From IMG/VR virus record IMGVR_UViG_3300024275_000013, positions 1 to 42,508 of that record: DNA of 42,508 nt; one strand, 5' to 3'. Within the stretch, counting starts at the first letter, position 1. Each line of letters begins with the position of its first letter. Source of the DNA: a virus (Duplodnaviria > Caudoviricetes). Below, piece after piece: positions 35,642 to 42,508 of this stretch. A model generated the notes under the pieces. It made no database searches. It saw nothing but the letters and a program-made list of their open reading frames with translations, and was not told the DNA's origin. The position numbers and the translations under genes were made by a program.

Positions 35642-35998
35642 ATGGCTGAACCTACTGTGGCTGAGGAACGAGAAGCCCGCAAAGCCCACCGGGATGCCAT
35701 CGCGGCGATCTTGAAGGCGTCCCCGTTAGAGGACGTTGAACCTGATGTCTTGCGAGCGATTACCCCGCATTATCAGCAACGGATCAGCGAATGCCGCCGG
35801 CAGCTAGGGATGACTATCCAGAACAGGCCACGGAGCCGCCAGGATGCCACAGGACGCAAAGTGAAGCAGGACGGAGCTTACCGATGGTTGCCGGCAGGGG
35901 AGCCGCTCGGAGCCGATGCTAGCGTGACGGATAGAGCTCGAGAGTGGCCCACGGTGCACGGACGGCCTTTTGAACAGCCGTTTGCGTTGAAAGGTTGA
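35642..35998 (+). CDS. Winged-HTH-like protein
   Basis: 'HYQQRISECRRQLGMTI...YR' pattern; AAGGA SD. Confidence 0.55.
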   Translation: MAEPTVAEEREARKAHRDAIAAILKASPLEDVEPDVLRAITPHYQQRISECRRQLGMTIQNRPRSRQDATGRKVKQDGAYRWLPAGEPLGADASVTDRAREWPTVHGRPFEQPFALKG

Positions 35999-36066
35999 AA
36001 ACCATGATGACTGATCCCGCGTCCTCCCCTGGGGGCAAAGAGTTGGAAGCAGTGTGAGCATCGACC

Positions 36067-36345
36067 GTGAACAAGTATCGGAAGCACTCGAAGTCGAAGC
36101 TCACGAAGAACCTAGCCGCTAATTTGAAGGTAGTGATGTCATCCATCCACGACAAGATCGACGACTTCGACGAAGAACACAAGGTGTCTCAGGAAGTGAT
36201 GAATGCGCGGATTTCGGCTTCGTTTAAGGTGGCGCTGCAAATGTTTGAGATCTTGACCGCTTCGGAACTGTCAGGCGAAGTCCGCGTGTCGGCGATGCAG
36301 TTTCTGAATGTTCTGGTTCATCGTTTCGGTGGAAAACGAAAATGA
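36067..36345 (+). CDS. Hypothetical protein
   Basis: ORF with ATGA overlap to the next gene. Confidence 0.45.
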   Translation: MNKYRKHSKSKLTKNLAANLKVVMSSIHDKIDDFDEEHKVSQEVMNARISASFKVALQMFEILTASELSGEVRVSAMQFLNVLVHRFGGKRK

Positions 36346-36971
36346 AAGAGCAAGAGATCGAGCGCATTCGGAAATTCTGGAACAAGCCGCCGAACCCGAC
36401 CTTCTGCGCGGCGTGCAAGAAGGAAATACCGCTGCAGCGCGGACCAGCGGCGGGAATGCTGAGTGTTCCGATCTGCCCTCACTGCGGCAGCAACGACGGC
36501 TGGACCTCAACGTTCACGACAGGTGGGCGAGACGCGAAACTCGACGTCAACACCTTGCTCAATGAAGTCTCTCGCCTGCGGGCGCTGGTGGCCTCGTCGT
36601 CGGTCCCGCAAGGCGAATTGAACGGTTGGCGGGAACTTGGCGAGGAGATGACGCGGGTGATCTTTTTAATGCCGCAAGAGACGTTCGCGGAGTGGTTCCC
36701 CGATTGGTTCGGGCCGCGTTTGTTCGATCTTCAAGTTGGGGCCTCGCGCTCAGCCTCCTCTACGGAGGGCCGGGAAACGAAAGCAACAATTCCTGTATGC
36801 GGCGGCAGCCGTATCGGCTGGCGCACGAAGGAATCAAGCTGTGGCACGGCGTTGGTCTATGAGCACTCGGCGAACGGCATGGACTATTGGCGTTGTCCAG
36901 CCTGCGGGAATCCGCATTGGTGGCCTGTAGTGCATTCCGAAACGATGGGCTACGATAGGACGACGCGATGA
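36342..36971 (+). CDS. Mosaic multi-zinc-ribbon protein
   Basis: CxxC pairs at both ends separated by Ser/Ala/Pro linkers. Confidence 0.55.
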   Translation: MKEQEIERIRKFWNKPPNPTFCAACKKEIPLQRGPAAGMLSVPICPHCGSNDGWTSTFTTGGRDAKLDVNTLLNEVSRLRALVASSSVPQGELNGWRELGEEMTRVIFLMPQETFAEWFPDWFGPRLFDLQVGASRSASSTEGRETKATIPVCGGSRIGWRTKESSCGTALVYEHSANGMDYWRCPACGNPHWWPVVHSETMGYDRTTR

Positions 36972-37231
36972 GTGTTCAACGCTGGCTTTGCGAATCATGC
37001 CTTGCTGCTCACAAGGCTCGGTGCAGCATGTGGATTTGTCCCGGTTGCGGGAAAGAGACATGCGACGACTGTTTTGACCGTTACGCCCACTGCAAAACGT
37101 GTAGTGCGGGGAAATCAGACGAGGAGTTGCGATTGGCGGCGAACGCGACGAATGACTTTGAGTTTGAAGCGGCTTCGCCTCCTCCTGCCTCTCTAGCGGG
37201 CGGGGACGCACAGAAGGACGAAAAGAAATAA
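36968..37231 (+). CDS. Cys-rich zinc-finger protein
   Basis: Four CxxC motifs; Pro/Ala/charged tail. Confidence 0.55.
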   Translation: MSVQRWLCESCLAAHKARCSMWICPGCGKETCDDCFDRYAHCKTCSAGKSDEELRLAANATNDFEFEAASPPPASLAGGDAQKDEKK

Positions 37232-37326
37232 GACGAAAGAGTTTACGCGCCCTCGACTTTCACGACGACGCAGGTACCGCAACAGCGAACGGGCGAGCGA
37301 ATCAGCGATGCCAAGAGGAAAGATAA

Positions 37327-37551
37327 ATGCCGCACGATAAACGAGGCGAAGAACTACACGTCGGTGATGTGGTCATGGTGCCGTGCCGCGTCAAAGCGAT
37401 TCACCTGACCGAGGACTTTTGCAACGTTGATCTTGAGACAAGTCTGACGATGCCACCGCGAAACAGCGCCACCGCACTCACGCTGAACTCGCGGCAGACT
37501 ATCAAGCCCACGGCAACGCACCGGTTCGCGGAGTATGGAAGTGCTCTCTGA
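37327..37551 (+). CDS. Small SH3/KOW-like beta protein
   Basis: 'HDKRGEELHVGDVV'; GAGGA SD. Confidence 0.6.
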   Translation: MPHDKRGEELHVGDVVMVPCRVKAIHLTEDFCNVDLETSLTMPPRNSATALTLNSRQTIKPTATHRFAEYGSAL

Positions 37552-37563
37552 CCTGGCCGCAGC

Positions 37564-37591
37564 CAACCACGAAGTGAAGTCAACCACGAAG
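37564..37591 (+). repeat. Tandem 11-bp direct repeat CAACCACGAAG
   Basis: Copies at 37564-37574 and 37581-37591, the second running into the AAGGAG SD. Confidence 0.6.
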
Positions 37592-37601
37592 GAGAGCGCA
37601 G

Positions 37602-38198
37602 ATGCGACGGACGAACGACTTTTACGAAACGGCACCGTGGCAGGTAGACGCGCTAGTGGACAACCTGCCCGAATTGAGCGGCACGGTGTTGTGCCCGTGT
37701 GTCGGTGACGGCTCTCTAATGTGCAGGCTCGCCGAGCGTCGGCCTGATCTAAATTTCATCACCAACGACATTGACACATCGAAACCAGCAGACACGCACT
37801 TCGACGCTACGACGGCTGAAGCCTGGCATCAGATGGTCCTCGGTTTGAGCGTCGATTGGGTGGTGGAGAACTTCCCGTTCAACGTTGAGGCGCGGATTCT
37901 GCCCCATGCTGTGCAGAGTGTTCGTCGTGGCGTTGTTGCAATGGCTCGGGTGAGTTTCTGTGAGCCTACGAAGGATCGCGGGCCGTGGCTGGCTGAGCAT
38001 CCTTACAACAAGCGGATCACGCTGGAACGCCACAGTTTTAGTGGTGACGGGAAATCTGATAGTGCAACAACAGATTGGCTCGTGTGGTCAAAGGTTCCGC
38101 TTGTTGGACCGTTCGGCGTGTCGGCGTTCGGATATAGGAACGGCTCCGCGCAGCGGCGTGAGGCTCTCTTGCGGGCGTTCGTGGCTTTACCTTTATGA
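37602..38198 (+). CDS. SAM-dependent DNA methyltransferase-like protein
   Basis: 'DFYET', 'PCVGDG', 'NDID', 'VVENFPF' (NPPF-like), 'WLVW'. Confidence 0.7.
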   Translation: MRRTNDFYETAPWQVDALVDNLPELSGTVLCPCVGDGSLMCRLAERRPDLNFITNDIDTSKPADTHFDATTAEAWHQMVLGLSVDWVVENFPFNVEARILPHAVQSVRRGVVAMARVSFCEPTKDRGPWLAEHPYNKRITLERHSFSGDGKSDSATTDWLVWSKVPLVGPFGVSAFGYRNGSAQRREALLRAFVALPL

Positions 38199-38204
38199 GG
38201 CGGT

Positions 38205-38423
38205 ATGAACTCACCGGCCATATTCTGCTCGTGCGGCGCGCAGTGGCACGGCCAGCCTTGGGTCGAGCGGCATCAGGAATTGATCTACTGGCATGCCCGC
38301 GAACATGGCTTGATAAGCCACCAACGATGGCTCGATCTCAAGCGACTGTGTTTTTGCTATGGCTGTAAACGTGCGCGCAAGGGCGTCAAACCTACACATG
38401 CGCTCGACGCGGTACCTGAGTAG
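38205..38423 (+). CDS. Cys/His-containing hypothetical protein
   Basis: GAGG SD; CxCG...CxCxxC. Confidence 0.5.
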   Translation: MNSPAIFCSCGAQWHGQPWVERHQELIYWHAREHGLISHQRWLDLKRLCFCYGCKRARKGVKPTHALDAVPE

Positions 38424-38426
38424 TCA

Positions 38427-38825
38427 GTGTCGGTTCTATACGCGACAACTCTTTTTCTTGTTGAGGTTCTGATGCCCGTGCCCCCTCTCCGTCCAGACCT
38501 GATTGAGCAGTTGGATCAAGCGCACATGTTCGCGTGCGACATCGCCTCGACCGGGATTGAGCCTGAGAAGTTGGACGTGATCGGGCAAGCGATTCGCGCA
38601 GCTCGGGCGGCCCTCTCGGCGGCTCCCCAAGAGACGGACATCGAGAATCGAGCGGCAGCGTGGCGGAAGAAGGCGCTGCTTGCAGAAGGCTATTGGACGA
38701 CACCTCCAGCGTCAGAAGTCGAGCGATGCGTGCGCCTCATTCTCGGTTCAACGTCGGGCAGTCACATCGTTCCGGCGTTCGTGGACCTGATTTACACGCT
38801 GTCGGCCCCAGACACCAAGGAATAG
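38427..38825 (+). CDS. Mosaic hypothetical protein
   Basis: Internal 'ARAALSAAP' linker; start uncertain. Confidence 0.5.
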   Translation: MSVLYATTLFLVEVLMPVPPLRPDLIEQLDQAHMFACDIASTGIEPEKLDVIGQAIRAARAALSAAPQETDIENRAAAWRKKALLAEGYWTTPPASEVERCVRLILGSTSGSHIVPAFVDLIYTLSAPDTKE

Positions 38826-38828
38826 CCC

Positions 38829-39257
38829 ATGAACAAAAGTCACCAAATCTGGGAAGCTGCGAAAGCCGCCGCTGAAGCCAGTCCCGGCAAGCCGTCGCTG
38901 GTTCTCTGCGTCGAAGGGACGTTCACGCTGACGTGGACGCCACGGGCAGAACTGAAAGGGACAGACAAGACGCTACCCGCTACTGACCCTGTGGCCCCCC
39001 GAGAGGCCGAGCAGCCGCCCACACGGCGAATAGTCACTACGGATGACCTTCAAGGGGTCATCTCCTTCTGCGGGCACCGAGGGGATTCTTGCAATCTTGA
39101 ATATCTAAATCGGATGGGGCAACGCATTCAGTTCTACCCGAAGGAGCTACTTGCGCTCGTTCAAGCGTTCTTGGATGCCGAACAGACGCGGGCGTTACTG
39201 CGCGGCACCGTTGAGGGGTGGAAGGCCCGCACGCGAGATAAAGGCAGAACTGAATGA
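38829..39257 (+). CDS. Hypothetical protein
   Basis: AAGGA SD; Pro-rich internal linker. Confidence 0.5.
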   Translation: MNKSHQIWEAAKAAAEASPGKPSLVLCVEGTFTLTWTPRAELKGTDKTLPATDPVAPREAEQPPTRRIVTTDDLQGVISFCGHRGDSCNLEYLNRMGQRIQFYPKELLALVQAFLDAEQTRALLRGTVEGWKARTRDKGRTE

Positions 39258-39427
39258 CAATCCAGCAAGCGATTGCAGCGGTTGACCGGTATCAAAAATC
39301 GGGTGCCGCTCATCGCGCCGATACGACTCTGTTGACCGCAGCTACGGTGCTTGTGACCGCGCTCCGTTCATCTGTGGCCCAGCCTTCCGCCCTCCCGCCG
39401 AGCGCCGAACAGGAGAAGAAATCGTGA
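39254..39427 (+). CDS. Small hypothetical protein (57 aa; not in the ORF track)
   Basis: ATGA and GTGA overlaps; ends '...SALPPSAEQEKKS'. Confidence 0.5.
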   Translation: MTIQQAIAAVDRYQKSGAAHRADTTLLTAATVLVTALRSSVAQPSALPPSAEQEKKS

Positions 39428-40152
39428 ACACGCGTCAGGAGGCACAACTTCTAATAGCCGATGCGATTGAGGCTATGGCTGATTCCAATTACCGACGCGA
39501 TATTAGTGGGAGATTAGCGCGTGAGGGATGGGCCGGTTTCGCTAAGGTGTTGCGAGAGGGAGCGGCGTCTCCATCTGATGACGAAGGCGCATCACCCCTC
39601 CCGCCGAGCGAGGCAGCCCCGCCATCGCATGTTGTTGATGAGTCTTGGATCGAGGAGGCAGCGACGCGACTTCTGACCGCTGTTCAAGGCGAGTGTGCTC
39701 ACGAGACGCGCCTTGGTGCAATTCGCGCCTATCTACGATTCGCGGCAAAGTCGGCAGGCGAGGCGGCCCCGCCAGAAGTAGACGTTCAACTGCTCGCATG
39801 GGCGGTGAGCAACTGTCACACGCTGGCTCGGCGGCGAATCAGGGCCGGTGTGGACCTGGAATATTGGGAGCACGTTCAGCGCATCTGCGAGAAGGTTGGC
39901 GCTCGCTCAAAGGGCGTGCTCCGCGCATCGCTGCCGACGGAGATAACGGAAGGTTCAGGCGGCGATCTGGCATGGCGCGAAGGCAGCGAGCAGGCGTGGA
40001 AAGAGGCTTGCGGGTCTGACTGGTGCTCCAACTGCGAATGCGTGCGCGACAAGCTGAAGAAAGCGCAGCAGCGAATCGCGGAACTTGAAACAGAACTAGC
40101 GGCCTTGCGCTCCTCACGGACGCCGCCAGCCGCCGAGAAAGGCAAAGAGTAA
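39424..40152 (+). CDS. Mosaic hypothetical protein with repeat-encoded linkers
   Basis: AGGAG SD; linkers 'PLPPSEAAPP' and 'GEAAPP'; C-terminal coiled coil. Confidence 0.55.
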   Translation: MNTRQEAQLLIADAIEAMADSNYRRDISGRLAREGWAGFAKVLREGAASPSDDEGASPLPPSEAAPPSHVVDESWIEEAATRLLTAVQGECAHETRLGAIRAYLRFAAKSAGEAAPPEVDVQLLAWAVSNCHTLARRRIRAGVDLEYWEHVQRICEKVGARSKGVLRASLPTEITEGSGGDLAWREGSEQAWKEACGSDWCSNCECVRDKLKKAQQRIAELETELAALRSSRTPPAAEKGKE

Positions 40153-40155
40153 CAG

Positions 40156-40446
40156 ATGGGCACTAAACTGAAGCCGGGAACGTTCGACTGCTATGCGAAT
40201 GCCGCGCCTGACGAGCCGATGTTCGTGCTGTTGGCGCGTGATGAATCCGCGCCGAAAATGGTCCGCGATTGGGTGCGCGAGCGTGAAGTCAGGAAAGGGC
40301 GACCGTGGCCGGTAGTCGTTGATCCGAGCCTCCCGCAGTTCGACGACAAGGCGCGCGAGGCGCTGGCGTGCGCGGACGCGATGGAACGCTGGAGAAAACT
40401 TCCCGTCGAGCCTCGGACGCCGCCAGCCGACAAGGAGAAGCCGTGA
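40156..40446 (+). CDS. Phage 'DEPMFVLLARD' family protein
   Basis: 'FDCYANAAPDEPMFVLLARD..AP..V..W...EALACADAMERWR'. Confidence 0.7.
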   Translation: MGTKLKPGTFDCYANAAPDEPMFVLLARDESAPKMVRDWVREREVRKGRPWPVVVDPSLPQFDDKAREALACADAMERWRKLPVEPRTPPADKEKP

Positions 40447-41183
40447 AGACAGACAGTTTGGGTGATCGGATGAAAGGCCAATATGAGGACCGGACGCGCT
40501 ATCTGCTGCCGCGTCGAACGTTTACGGTCCTTCGTGCTGATGGAAAAGCTTTCCACACGTTCACGCGCCGGTGTGAAAAGCCCTATGATCTCCGGTTCGT
40601 TGAGGCAATGGACGCCGCCGCGCTGGAGCTTTGCCGCGAGGCGCAAGGGGCGTGCTTCGGTTACGTCCAGTCCGACGAAATCTCCGTGGTGCTGACCGAC
40701 TTCGCCACGATCACCACGGAAGCCTGGTTTGACGGGAATCTTCAGAAGATCGTGAGCGTGGCCGCGGCGATTGTGACTGCCGCGTTCAACTACCAATACA
40801 GCGACGGCTGCTCAGACCGTTCGTCCGCGCATTTCGACTGCCGCGCCTTCACGATTCCCGATCCGGTCGAGGTCGAGAACTACCTGATTTGGCGGCAGCA
40901 AGACGCCGTGCGGAACAGCATTCAGGGACTCGCGCAAGCGCATTTCAGCGCGAAGCAGCTCCACGGCGTCAACAACGGCGAAGCGCAAGAGCTTCTGTTC
41001 CGCGAGAAGGGCATCGACTGGAACGACACCCCAACCGAGCAGAAGCGCGGCCGCGCCGTCGTCTACACCACGGATGAAGGCTGGAACGTCGATCGAGAGA
41101 TTCCGACCTTCACGCAGGACCGCGATTATCTGCGCATCAGACTCACACCTCAGACGCCGCCAGTCGACAAGGAGAAGCCGTGA
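40443..41183 (+). CDS. thg1: tRNA(His) guanylyltransferase Thg1-like protein (3'-5' polymerase, TLP)
   Basis: 'RMK..YE', 'RADGKAFH', 'YVQSDEIS', 'FDGNLQK', 'FDCR', 'YLIWRQQDAVRNS'; GTG start after AAGGAG. Confidence 0.93.
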   Translation: MKTDSLGDRMKGQYEDRTRYLLPRRTFTVLRADGKAFHTFTRRCEKPYDLRFVEAMDAAALELCREAQGACFGYVQSDEISVVLTDFATITTEAWFDGNLQKIVSVAAAIVTAAFNYQYSDGCSDRSSAHFDCRAFTIPDPVEVENYLIWRQQDAVRNSIQGLAQAHFSAKQLHGVNNGEAQELLFREKGIDWNDTPTEQKRGRAVVYTTDEGWNVDREIPTFTQDRDYLRIRLTPQTPPVDKEKP

Positions 41184-41557
41184 GGCTCTTAGAGAACGAA
41201 CAGCAACAAGTCGTGGGCGTGGCGGCTCGTTGGAAGGCGCAGTATTGCCATGATGGTAAATGGGATGATGTTTGGGGCCGCGACAAATCGTCTGAGAGCA
41301 TCTATCAAGGTCTTATCGCGTTACCGCCGAGCGCGACAGCGGCCGACGTAGCTACGATTATCGGGAACGATACGTGGGTGGGCGAGCGATGCACGGAATG
41401 CGGCAAGCGAAACGCCGTGCTGCTCGTCGGAGATGAACCGGACTATGAGTCAGCGACCGTGTATCTCTGCGCTAAGTGTGCGCGGAAAATCGCGGCAATT
41501 ATTGATTCAATTCAACTTTTAGCGCCAGCGCAGGACGAGATCCCCAAGGGAGAATAA
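41180..41557 (+). CDS. Hypothetical protein with a C-terminal zinc ribbon
   Basis: 'CTECG...GDEPDYESATVYLCAKC'; SD and start lie within repeat B. Confidence 0.65.
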   Translation: MRLLENEQQQVVGVAARWKAQYCHDGKWDDVWGRDKSSESIYQGLIALPPSATAADVATIIGNDTWVGERCTECGKRNAVLLVGDEPDYESATVYLCAKCARKIAAIIDSIQLLAPAQDEIPKGE

Positions 41558-41577
41558 GCCGCTGAAATTGGGGATTT
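41538..41577. terminator. Inverted repeat at the convergence of the two operons
   Basis: ATCCCCAA (41540-41547) / TTGGGGAT (41568-41575); large 20-nt loop. Confidence 0.3.
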
Positions 41578-42025
41578 ACCAGCCTTCTGAGGCGAGATGG
41601 AGCAGACGAGGCGATCCCGTCCATTCCACGAAGGTTGTTACAAGCGCAGCATCATGGAAGGCGCCTTCGCGCTCAGTATGTAATTGGCGGTGATGCTTCG
41701 GGCATAACCATGTGATAGCTAGCGGTTTAGAGTAATCTTCGTGGTGTGCTTCAACGTCTTTGTTGGAGCCGCAGACCGCACACGGCTCACGTCTGAGCCC
41801 TTTCTTAATGGCACGCGCCACGGTCACATTAGCGCGATGCTTGTCTCTGGGCGTCCCTCGCATCACATAGCGCTTCGTGCGAGACGCGACGAGCCCGTGG
41901 CGGTCCAATAGCCTATAGAAAGCTCGTCGTGACACGCCCATCGCCTTGGCGGTATGGCTGATATTGTGTCGGTTGGCATCTAGAGCGTTAACGATGCGCT
42001 GCCTGATAGCTTCTTCTAGTGTCAT
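41576..42025 (-). CDS. Fis-type HTH fused to an HNH-like domain
   Basis: 'TLEEA...I.NAL....NISHTAKAMGVSRRAFYRLL' plus 'PCAVCG...EAHHEDYSKPL...WLC..HH...H'. Confidence 0.75.
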   Translation of the reverse strand: MTLEEAIRQRIVNALDANRHNISHTAKAMGVSRRAFYRLLDRHGLVASRTKRYVMRGTPRDKHRANVTVARAIKKGLRREPCAVCGSNKDVEAHHEDYSKPLAITWLCPKHHRQLHTEREGAFHDAALVTTFVEWTGSPRLLHLASEGW

Positions 42026-42351
42026 GCTGCGCCTAGCTTGTCCAGCCGTTCGCCCTTCTGAGACGATTTACAGCCGTCGTAGTGGTCATCCTTGACCCGT
42101 TCCAGGCACGGAAAGTCCTCAGCGTCCTTGGGGCTCAGTCGCCAGTGAAGCTGGCCGGCATCCGTATGGATGCAAAGAATCTCGGTCCAGTCGCCAGCGT
42201 CATGTCTCTTGACGATGTGAGCCGCGACACCAGACGCCTTAATAGCCCATTTGAGGATTTGATTGCGTTCGTGAATGACCTTGTAGCGGTTGCGTCTAGC
42301 AGCTTCTAGTAGTTCCTTGAGCGGTCGCGCTTTGCGTTCGCGCTTCTTCAT
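42022..42351 (-). CDS. Hypothetical protein
   Basis: 'ILCIHT.AGQLHW...YDG' resembles a common phage family; ATGA overlap; start could be 42375. Confidence 0.55.
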   Translation of the reverse strand: MKKRERKARPLKELLEAARRNRYKVIHERNQILKWAIKASGVAAHIVKRHDAGDWTEILCIHTDAGQLHWRLSPKDAEDFPCLERVKDDHYDGCKSSQKGERLDKLGAA

Positions 42352-42508
42352 AACGATGTCGATCGAAGCACGCATTGATATGAACTGTCAAGCGCAAACA
42401 AACCTATTGACAAGCACTCACGAACCGTGATGCGAGAGCGCAGCGAAGCGCCGTCCAGATCGGATGTGATTTCAGGACTTGACTTCTCATCCACCCTTAA
42501 TATACTGT

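Larger units (their letters stand above)
40117..41183 (+). repeat. Junction repeat family B (CCTCrGACGCCGCCAGyCGACAAGGAGAAGCCGTGA)
   Basis: 36-mers at 40411-40446 and 41148-41183 with 2 mismatches; 16-bp core CGGACGCCGCCAGCCG at 40117-40132. Confidence 0.9.

Noticed and set aside
40368-40442. N-terminal extension of Thg1 given in the ORF track
   Set aside because: It overlaps the upstream gene; GTG 40443 has an AAGGAG SD and is followed directly by the 'LGDRMK' N-terminal motif
33392-41183. Junction repeats read as a CRISPR array or integron attC sites
   Set aside because: Spacing is gene-sized and irregular, the repeats are coding and non-palindromic, and there are no cas or intI genes

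Overview
A ~42.5 kb, GC-rich tailed-phage genome, whole or nearly so, with a P22-like (podovirus-type) virion module; nearly all genes are on the + strand. Left to right: (1) an AT-richer non-coding end, then an Arc/RHH regulator, replication initiator, helicase-loader-like protein, DNA methyltransferase, J-domain protein and DUF1064-like nuclease (1-5.7 kb); (2) terminase large subunit with atypical catalytic motifs, portal, scaffold, P22-type coat, Ser/Thr-rich virion proteins, a GT-A glycosyltransferase, head-tail and tail-hub proteins, a GNAT protein, ejection proteins and a tail fibre (5.7-27 kb); (3) a lysis region with an M15 peptidase, holin-like and lipoprotein genes and a possible glycoside hydrolase (27-31 kb); (4) a divergent promoter pair, a Cro-like gene and a ~9.5 kb run of small accessory genes including a PNK-like kinase, an HNH nuclease, a second MTase-like protein and a Thg1-like 3'-5' polymerase (31.6-41.6 kb); (5) two convergent minus-strand genes. 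I recognised no integrase, DNA polymerase, recombinase or small terminase. The most striking unexplained signals are: (a) short direct repeats at accessory-gene junctions that encode the upstream C-terminus and stop and the downstream RBS and start, making genes such as Thg1 look like precisely excisable cassettes; (b) a 134-nt antisense tRNA-like RNA with its own promoter in the lysis region (29061-29194); (c) a ~255-nt structured RNA after the Cro-like gene (32064-32318). All family calls come from reading motifs by eye, not from database searches.
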